Shown: piece after piece, positions 54,072-64,000 of the stretch
Numbering within the stretch: the first letter of the stretch is position 1
Layout: each line of letters begins with the position of its first letter
DNA from: Octopus sinensis
Lineage: Eukaryota
Direction: 5' to 3'
Length of the DNA: 64,000 nucleotides
Assembly: GCF_006345805.1 (NCBI RefSeq)
Contig: NC_043007.1
Coordinates: 59,954,001 to 60,018,000, forward strand
The notes under the pieces: model-generated
What the model was told of the DNA's origin: nothing
The model's database searches: none
What the model saw: only the letters and a program-made list of their open reading frames with translations
Made by a program: the position numbers and the translations under genes

Positions 54072-54891
54072 ATGTTCTTGTCCATGTCTGTAATTATTTT
54101 TACTGTTTACCTATATAATCGGCGGCTACGTATCCACAATTGTCCCTATACGATAAGTATATTTTTTCTCTAGCATTGATACGACTCTTAATCTGTCTCT
54201 TTTTCTCTCTCTCTCTCCTCCCTTATTCCCCTTCCTTTCTTTCCCTCTCCATCCGTCTCCCCCCCCTTCTACTACGTTCTCTCTCTATCTCTCTCACCTC
54301 CAGCCCCCTCGATCTGTCTCTTTCTTCTCCTCCCTCGTCCACCTTCTCTCTCTTTTCATCTGTCCCTTTCTCCTGTCTTTTGTTCTCACGTGACAGCTAG
54401 CCGCTGTTGAGCGCTCTTTTCGTTTTCAGCAGCCGCAGAAGCAACACGTATTTTTCGTCTCCCCGTGGCCTTTAGGCACAACTTCACAAGCCAGCCCCAT
54501 ACTCAACTCGTCCTGTCGAAAGACCCTTGTCCTACGTCCTGGTTTTGTTTTGGTTGTTTATTTTTTTTTTTACCGTTATTGTTTTTACGTTTTTGTATTC
54601 TTATTGTGTCACGTATTCTGTATTTTTGTTTGTGTACTTCGTTCGTTTTCCGTCCTTTCGTTGTATACATTCGAAGCTTTCTTCCAGGGGATCTAATGCG
54701 CTTGGCTTGGATTTCCCTTGGCGGGCTGGCCATATCGGGGCGGTCTCGGGATTGATCGGCCGGGGTTGCTGGGATGGTCTGGTTCTTGGCTGATGGCTGG
54801 GGACTTCGAATGTCCCGTCCTGTGGTTCTTGTGTCGTCTCTGTGGTGTTTCATGTTCTTGTCCATGTCTGTAATTATTTTTACTGTTTACC

Positions 54892-54897
<6 letters not shown>
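54072..54897 (+). mobile_element. ~825 bp non-coding unit with an exact 46 bp terminal direct repeat, inserted in (TA)n
   Basis: atgttcttgtccatgtctgtaattatttttactgtttacctatata at 54072 and 54852; CT-rich block; CACGTGAC at 54387; GC-rich 3' part. Confidence 0.55.
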
Positions 54898-54922
<25 letters not shown>

Positions 54923-54979
54923 CATATATATATACATATATATATATATATGTATGTATGTATATATATATATACATAT

Positions 54980-55052
<73 letters not shown>

Positions 55053-56267
55053 CATATATATATAAATACATACGCACACATCACACCACTCACACAGAAC
55101 ACACAAAACACACACCCACTATGTATGTGTGTATATATGCATTCCATAAGTGTATAGAATATTTTATCTTTGTTTTTCAAAACTACGGATATATATCTTA
55201 ACTTCGGATAGCATATCGACAATATAACTTTCAAACACATATTAATTACAAAGCCTCTAGTGCTTTCAGCTCATTTTCAAAAGCTTATCGAGAAAATTAT
55301 TCCGAATTAGGAAATATTATAGCTTAGTACCAAACGACTAGAAATGTATTCTGTTTTTGCATATTTGTAAATGTCTGTTCAAATGAATGTGTGTCTCCGT
55401 TTATATGTGTGGTATGTGCATGTGCTTTCACGTGTTCTATGTGCGCCTATCTGAGTATAGACTTGTAATGGCTGTATTCTTGTGAACATGATTTTTTCTG
55501 TTTTATGTGAATGTGCGTGAGCGTTATATACCATGCATACATATGTGTTTTCCCTGCTTCCACAGGTTACTGTAAATAACGCATTGTATGATGCGTTTAA
55601 GAGTCAGGGCGTTTCTGCCATCTGCATTTGTGATTACCAAAAGTGGGTTCTTGTGAACTATGTCGGGTGTCTACAATATATTTAATGTATTCGTGGATTA
55701 ATTAGGGATGATTTCTGCGATCTCACGATTGATGTTATCTTTGGTTCTTTTGTGGGGGATTGCAACTGTTTAGTCATACTTGAAGTCATTACAGTATATG
55801 TGTTTGTACGTACGTGTGTGTGTGAATGTGTGTCTGTGTGTGTGTGTGTGCATGCGCATATGTGTATGTTCGTGTGCATGCGTACGTGTGTGTGTGTATG
55901 TGAGAGAGAAAGAAAGAGAGAGAGAGACGTTGTTTTCGCTCCAAATTCAGCTGAGCTATGGCCAGAGGTGTTCAAATCTTAGATAGGCCACCTCTTGTAT
56001 GTGACCCAGGGGCCACAGTATTTAAGATGGTGGGGTGTGATTTTTCTTTGCGTTGTTCATAGTCCTTTACAGCAGTGTCGAAACAAATAACACAAATCAG
56101 TCATGGGAAGGATAAAAGTATCCAATAAATATAACATTAGCCAACGTGTTCTTCCTTTCTTTAAGATGGTAAGATATGATTGGAGGTAGTTTAACAGCTA
56201 TTTCCAGCATATCGAGGAGGCACGTAGATGGTTCAGTATTAGCGATGGTGATGGTGATGGTGATGAA

Positions 56268-56545
56268 TGTGGAGGCCCAGTAGTTAGGGCAGCGGACTCG
56301 CAGTCGGAAGATCGCGGTTTCGATTCCCAGAGTGCTTATTGAGCGAAAACACCTAAAGCTCCACGTGGCTCCGGCAGAGGGTGGTGGCGGTCTCTGCTGT
56401 ACTCTTTCGCAGCAACTTTCCCTCACTCTTTCTTCTGTTGGCCTGCTCGCTTAGCCAGTGGGGTGGCGTAATTTGAAGGCTTAAACAATGCGAAGCGCAT
56501 TGTGACCAGCGATGTGTAGCAACATCGGTCGGTCACGTGATCACG
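56268..56545 (+). mobile_element. SINE family C. Further copies at ~4572-4790, 4820-5193 (inverted pair) and 22775-23045
   Basis: tRNA-like head tagttagggcagcggactcgc…ggtttcgattccc; tail gcttagccag.ggggtggcgt…gcgcattgtgaccagcgatgt. Confidence 0.75.
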
Positions 56546-56790
56546 GGATATTAAATAATACTTATAAGAGAACAATTATTCTTTCCAAATGAAAACAACT
56601 TTCACGCACATCATGTACACGATAGAATATATATAAACAGGCGTGGCTGTGTTGTAAGAAGCTTGCTTCCCAACCACATGGTCTGCATGACACCTTGGGC
56701 AAGTGACTTGTACTGTAGCGTTGAGCCGACCAAAACCTTTCGAGCGGATTTGGTACACGAAAACTGAAAGTAGCCTGTCGTGTGTGTGTG

Positions 56791-56846
<56 letters not shown>

Positions 56847-57124
56847 CGTGTGTGTGCGTGAGTGTGTGTGTGTTTGTGTCTATATATGTGTGTCTTTGAG
56901 TCTGTGTTTGTCCCCCACCACCGCTTGAGAACCAGTGTTGGTGTGTTTACGTCTCCGTAACTTGGCATTTCGGCAAAAGAGACCGATAGAATAAACACCA
57001 AGCTTTTAAAGAAATATAAGCCCTGGCGTCGATTTGTTTGGCTAAAAGCTCTTCAAGGCGGTTCCCCCCTCATGGCCGCAATAAAATGATTGAAACAAAT
57101 AAATAGATAAAGAAATAGGAACAA

Positions 57125-57269
<145 letters not shown>

Positions 57270-57279
57270 GAGAAAATGA

Positions 57280-57432
57280 GATGACAAAGGAATAAATGAT
57301 TATCTTATGAACTTCATTAATTTCTGCTATAAGGTGTTATTCGGGCACTGAACTATGAGTTCACTATATCTTAAAGCAGAAACAGCCGTAAGCTAATGAA
57401 GTTCATGAGATAATCATTTATTCCTTTGTCAT
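57280..57432. repeat. Foldback with ~39 bp outer arms plus inner stems, next to (TA)n
   Basis: atgacaaaggaataaatgattatcttatgaacttcatta / taatgaagttcatgagataatcatttattcctttgtcat (one mismatch). Confidence 0.85.
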
Positions 57433-57570
57433 TTTACTTTCTTATTACCGCTGTATACTCGTCTAACACTTCCTTCTGAAACATACGTGTATTGGGTTCT
57501 ACATCAAGTTATTAGTCTCGCAATGCCTAAGCGAAATATTAAAACACACACACACACTCATACACACACA

Positions 57571-57638
<68 letters not shown>

Positions 57639-60112
57639 CATGCGGACTGAGAGTATTAAGGGCTCTCGGGCATAACTGTTTATTGGGCCCCTTTGAATGT
57701 TTTAGTAGAGTTAACATGTAGAGTCCGGGCTCCTCAGAGCTCTGGCCCCTCGGGCAGTGTCCGATTGACCGACGACTCAGTCCGCTCCTGCCATAACGAA
57801 ATCTGCAGATCGGCAGAGTTATAGTTAAGTAATATGTACATTGAGTATGAGATCAACATAGGAAAAAGGTAGCTGTCTATTTTAAAAGCGTTGACCTCCA
57901 TATCATCTATCAATATTGAAAATTACACATCAAAATTGATGAACAAGAAAGAACTAACAAATATTTTGTGTTTAAAAGGAATAAAGAATCGGGTATAGTT
58001 AACATAAATGACATCAACCTTACAGTGAACAAGGTGGCAGACACCACCGAGGACTCTGTTCATCGTCTCACAGGCTCATTCTCTGAACTTAGTCCAACAA
58101 CAGACGTCTCGCTGACAACACGCTCCCACCACCACCACCACCACCACCACCACCACCAGCACCATCATCACTATCACCATCGCTAATACTGAACCATCTA
58201 CGTGCCTCCTCGATATGCTGGAAATAGCTGTTAAACTACCTCCAATCATATCTTACCATCTTAAAGAAAGGAAGAACACGTTGGCTAATGTTATCCTAGA
58301 TATACGAAAAGAAGAGATTACCGCGACTGTAATACCTTCGGCCATAAGTGTGTACCAGCAGAGCTTATCTGAGGATAAGTGAAAGCAACAAAGCTTAAAA
58401 CTATTTATGCTGATCTAAATCTAGAAAGACCATCCCTGCAAACTATATACAATTTTTACCTAAAACCGCGTGACACTTTTCTCTTTACCTCTTCACTTTG
58501 CTACACCGTGCGGTGTTTCTATCATACGAAGCTTGCAATAAACAAGTTGTTCTAGCCTTCCTATTCTGAACTACATTTCTTTCAACAAAACCCTCACACA
58601 TACATGCGGGCACCCACGCACGCAGGCACACACACACACACACACATGCATACAAACGTACGCACACATTCTCCGAAACGTTATGATTCACATTTCATCG
58701 TGTTTCGATTTTATTGAGTATATCACTTTGGAAACATTGGCTCTTTTCCGATGAATGTAACAAATCTTTATTAAAACTTAACTACAAACACTTCAACCAG
58801 TGTGACCCAATAATGGTCGCTTAAAATGCCATGTACACTACACATTCTTATGTAATTATCAAATAAAATCCGAACATCTAGATATTCTATTCAGATATTA
58901 CCCTCCTTTAATTCAGCATCACCATTTCCCCATTCAACTTCCTCTCCAAGTTGGACTTGGAGTAGTTTTTCGGGGCTTGGCAAAAGCGGAAAGTATTTGT
59001 CTTTTATCTTTTCAGTTTTGTCTATCATACAGTCTCTTATTTCATGGTTATCAAAAAGAAGGAAACTGTTTATCTTGGTCAGCCAAAAAGAAAATAAAAA
59101 GAGGTGGGTAGGGCTGTATTCACAACAGACTCGGCTGATAGTCATATCCGTCTACTACCACACAAAATAGCTCCACAAGTCAGCAACGTCCGAATATTGA
59201 AAGGTTGCGTGTAGAACCATTTCATTACTCATCACCTCGAGCGCACCCTGCCCGGTTTCTGCGACTGAAGAGGAGATAATCACTACGAAATGCTTGCATC
59301 TCATAATCTAGGCAGGTGGAGCTGCAAGCTGATTCAAGTGTATATATATTATTTGTCTACAGCGAGAAATATTCTCCTAGACAAAACATAGTGAATGACT
59401 TTCTCACGGGTTCGAATTTGCCCCAAGCATACTGGAACTGATAAAAACCTTCTATTTATACACGTCACTGCTAAGGGCTGTTACCCCGTAATTTTTTTAC
59501 TGTGCGCAGACCTTGGAAAGACTCGGCTGACAGCACAACTGTGTCTCTTCTATCGTTTAACCCAAATCAGTGATATGTAAAACTATCTTGCCCTTGGTGA
59601 AAGTTCAATAATTTCGATAAAAGCCTAAACATTAAATATAGATAAATATTACAATGTTCTTTGAACATCTTAAGAGTTAAATTCAACGCGTGCCCCTACT
59701 GATAACACTTACACGCGCGCGCCTATTTACACAATGTATTTATACATCTGCGCGCACACATGTGTGCGTGAGTGAGTACATGTATGTGCATAGTATTCTG
59801 GAGAGAACATCTGTAATAAAGGTTTGAGCAAAGTTTTTGTGCTCGCGGAATGTTCGCTGGGACTCCAATATTCACTTGTATGTAGGTGTAATGTGTATAT
59901 AAACCGGATGTATGAAGTTTTAATGCTATCTATAGGTGCATATGTTATTTAATGCCGGCAAAATTTAAGCGTACGAATTAGAATTAGTGTTATTGGTTGT
60001 TATTGAGTCTGGTAAAATAAATACCATTTAGTATTTAATCGATTTGATCGACTATACTTAATCTTAAAAAAATATATGCTATTGTGTGCCAATGCCAGAT
60101 ATTGTTTTTGTC

Positions 60113-60505
60113 ATTATTACCTCTGCCTTATCGAAGGTGGAGGTATTGTTTTCAGTCGTGTTTGTTTGTTTTTTTGTTTTGTTTTTTTGTTTGTTTGTCC
60201 GTGGACAAGATATCTCAAGAACCGCTTGATGGATTCGAATGAAACTTTCAGGGATGTTTGGCTTCGTGACTAACACGAACTGATTAGATTTTGGGATTGA
60301 TCCCCTACCGGACAAAGATTCTGGATTATTTTTCCGGTGTTTTTACTTAATTTTTTGAGAGCGGACCGGTTCATTTTTAGTATTCTCGTTTGTGAGAGCG
60401 GTCGAGTTTATTTCAGATATTCTCATTTAAAAAATCATCTCTGGCTAATCGTTGAGAGGACGTTGATGTAGCCTTAGTGGAGGTTTTTGCTCTCTGAGTG
60501 CTTTT
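60113..60505 (+). mobile_element. Helentron-associated (HINE/DINE-1-like) element
   Basis: 5' palindrome acctctgcctt…aaggtggaggt, a (GTTT)n tract, a 3' subterminal IR ccttagtggaggt, then a small gctctctgagtgc stem-loop and T-rich end. Confidence 0.6.
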
Positions 60506-60509
60506 GTTA

Positions 60510-60770
60510 TTTATGTTTTACTTTTCAGACGCTCGGTCTTGTTTGCTCTTGTAGATTCTATGAGAGCGGACAGCAGCTATCAGAGGTCTCACAGGACCTC
60601 TTTCCGCACATTATAAGCTTTGAAACTTGGTTGTTAATCATCGTAGGAGACATTCAAGATTCAAGTACGAATCTCAAAATCCTAGCCGTCCCTAGCAGTG
60701 CGGTTTTTTGGGAGGTTGCTCTGGTCTCATGTCAATTCCGATTTCTCTAACGTATTTCTCGAACTTGGTT
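60510..60770 (-). mobile_element. R4/Dong-like 3' end
   Basis: Minus strand KFEKYVREIGIDMR...QKTALLGTARILRFVLES*. Confidence 0.7.
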
Positions 60771-61151
60771 ATTATACAAAAAATGCCATTCCATCTTAGT
60801 CAGTTTTGTTCTAGCAACCGTATAATGACGACCGAGTCTATTCTACTCATCCACAGGGCAACTGTCGGGGTGAAAGTCCGTCACCTGTAGTTCCGTCCTC
60901 ATTTACACCGTTGTTTATGTTAATTCTATTATTCGTTATTATATATTATTATTAAGGCGGTGCGCTGGACAAAATGCTTCGCAGTATTTCACCCATCGCT
61001 ACGTTCTGAGTTGAAATTCCGCCGAGGTCCACTTCGCCTTTCATCCTTTCGGGGGTCGATAAATTAAGTACCAATGAAACACTGGGGTCCGATATAATCG
61101 ACTAGTCCCACCCAACAAATTTGTGATCTTGTGCTTCTGGTAGGAAGGATA

Positions 61152-61201
<50 letters not shown>

Positions 61202-61389
61202 GCGTGCTTGCAGCATCGTTAGCACGCCGGGCGAAATGCTTAGCTATGTTCTGAGTTCAAATTCAGCCGAGGTCGATTTTGCTTTTCATCCTTCCGCTCG
61301 ATAAATTAAGTACCAGTGGAACACTGGAGTCGATGTAATCGGCTACTCCTCTCCCCCAAAATGTCAAGCTTTGTGCCTCCAGCAGAAAG

Positions 61390-61483
<94 letters not shown>

Positions 61484-64000
61484 AACACTGTCATATTGCA
61501 TAAAGTCTGAGTCAATGACATCTCCACTTTATTACCTGATAAGCATTTCTTGTTATGCATTGTAAGATAAACAAGATTCTTTATTTCTACTATGAAGAGC
61601 ATAACGTGATTTAGAAATTATTAACGCTCTCAGCACACCGTTAATACTCATTGCTTTACTCTCACTCACAACCTCTTATACACTACCTAAACCATCTCAC
61701 TACATAAGTGTAGTAATGTGTTGTAAGCCACTGGGCTGTTGAAGGCAACCCTAAAGAATTTGTCTTCAGACAGTGATTTCAATGGAGGGTAAAAAGACTT
61801 GCTTTTTCTATTACCTTTTTAAATTTGTAGGAGAAAATATACCCAGCACTATAAACCGACGCAGAATTTGCTAATTACTTACTTACAGCCGCGAACGCTA
61901 CTTCTTGTTTATAGCTAAGACTGAAGCATTAAAAGTGAAAACGTTTGCGCAAAAACATGACATACCTATCAACTCGACCAGCTGCAGTTCTGGAGTCCAC
62001 TGCACGCTATTTCAAACCTCTCTATATTAAATTGTTGTTGTTGTTGCTGTTGCTCTTCTTCTTCTTCTTCTTCTTCTTCTTCTTCTTCTTTTCTTCTTCT
62101 TCTTCTTTTTCTCCTTCTTCTTGACGTCATCACTGTCGTCGTTGTTGTCGATTTTTTATTTTCTTGGCTTATGATTTCCAATCTATACACTCCAGATCTA
62201 TGATCCTCAGATCTATGATTGCCAGACTTATTGATCGTTAGATTTTTGATCCCCGGCTGAGAACATCCCGTCTTTTATTCATATATAATGCCTCCGGGAT
62301 TGCACCATATAACTCGTCCCAATTCATTCCTATGATGGTAAGGTCTATGATTTGAATGTGATTTGGCTGCTATGTCAAGCAGGTCTATCGTTTACGTAGA
62401 GGGATTACCGCATTGACTCGATCTATATAATATGCCCTCTGTGAGTCTCTAGTGCGCGCGTGCGTGTGTCTCTGAATGTGAGTGCGCAATATAATGATTC
62501 ACATAATACAAACTTTCATATCCAGAAATAAATAACAATAGAATAAAACAGATCATAGGTTTTCTGTTATTGTTATATAATGTTATAAATAAACGTGATT
62601 TCTTCTATATATCTGTCTGCTTTATTTATTATGTTTCTATGTTTCTCGTTTCTCTTCCTGTCTTTGATCTTTTTGTTAACGTTACTCCCTCTCTACACTT
62701 TCTTTTGTCAGTCTATTTTTTCCTCTACTTCCTCCTTCTTGCATCTCCCCATCTTTCTTTTTCTCTCATTTTCTTTCTTTTTCTCACACTCTCGTTTGAT
62801 TTCACTCGCTCTCTTTCTCTCTCTCTCCAGTTATAAAAGTGATTAAACTCATTGATCACTTGACCATTCAGAGATTTATCCTATCCTCCAGCAAATCCAA
62901 CTCCGCAACACTAGAAGAGCAATTTCCTAAATTGCCTATAGATTTTACTCTAGTGTTTCATTGGAATTAAAATTAGACGAAGCAACAAAAAGGGTTAATT
63001 CCGAGTTTAAGGATTTACAGATTAGCTTGGTTTTAAATTTATTTTAGAAACAGCAATGGAAATATGGTGTAAGCTATCATTTTTATTCACCAAAGAATGT
63101 TACCAGATGCAGAGTGTTAATTTAGTGAGATATATATATATAGACAGATAGATAGAGAAAGAGAAAGAGAGACAGACAGACAGAAACTGAGAGAGACAGA
63201 CAGACAGATAGACAGACAAACAGTTTACTCTTTTACTTGTTTCAGTCATTTGACTGTGGCCATGCTGGAGCACCGCCTTTAGTCGAGCAAATCAACCCCA
63301 GGACTTATTCTTTGTAAGCCTAGTACTTATTGTATCGGTCTCTTTTTCTGAACCGCTACATTACGGGGACGTAAACACACCAGCATCGGTTGTCAAGCGA
63401 TGCTGAGGGGACAAGCTGCCATCCTCTAAAAATTATGGGAGCCTCCTTTACCCCTGGGAAATCTATTTAATCCATAGATGGAAACTTGATAGACACCACC
63501 AATCGTAATTAAAGAATGACTCCACACTCCTCACAACTCCATAACTACCCAACTGGAGCCTCGCCACAGGATGTAGTTTAATGTCATAGCCAGGGGACAC
63601 ACACACACACATACGAGTATATGTCTGGTATACACCAGGAACTTAACTGATTAATGTTTATACACTTCCTTGTCAGCTTTTCTTGAGTAAATTAACTTAT
63701 TGGTATCGATTTCCTGAAATAAGATCAACGTCTGTAATTTGAACATTTTGTTGATGGCATATGAATGGAAAAGAAATGAAAACTTCTCCTCAATTAATTA
63801 ATTAATCAATTAATTAATTAATGGCAATATATTTTATGAACATCCGATATCTATAAGTATGGAAATAGATTTATGGCAATTTTATTAACTTTCAGGTAAC
63901 GATTTTCTTCTTCAAACAAAACAAAACGGTGATTCTCGTGGAGAAAAATCTGCACTGTTTTAGGTTTTCTTGCGTACAGATAAGAGTAATTCTTGTTGTC

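Noticed and set aside
55254-55295. Possible hammerhead on the minus strand (tttc tcgataa gct…agct gaaa gcacta gagg)
   Set aside because: Needs several core and stem mismatches; too degenerate to call without a family consensus.
56268-56335. tRNA genes suggested by A/B-box sequences here and in other SINE heads
   Set aside because: No complete cloverleaf; each continues into a SINE body.
58891-59330. 84 aa minus-strand ORF and moderately GC-rich flank
   Set aside because: No recognisable motif; probably decayed transposon sequence but cannot be assigned.

Overview
AT-rich eukaryotic (animal) DNA that is almost entirely repeats. The tRNA-derived SINE families and the extreme microsatellite load look like an octopus/coleoid genome; this is an inference from family resemblance, not a database result. 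I cannot support any host protein-coding exon, and nearly all ORFs in the track are microsatellite translations. The main element is a young, nearly complete Penelope-like retroelement (RT + Cys linker + GIY-YIG, minus strand, ~49.14-54.07 kb). It has ~620 bp near-identical inverted pLTRs, each carrying a type I hammerhead ribozyme with a U3-A8 covariant core. Also present: other hammerhead-bearing or pLTR-like non-autonomous inserts in microsatellites; two ~800 bp units with terminal direct repeats; a decayed full-length maT/DD37D-like transposon; mariner, Tc1, hAT and Helitron/Helentron derivatives; R4/Dong-like remnants in (CATA)n and (TAA)n arrays; a SINE subfamily that appears to insert at one site inside older SINEs; and several local foldback/inverted duplications anchored on microsatellites. 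Coordinates were counted by eye; edges of decayed repeats are approximate.
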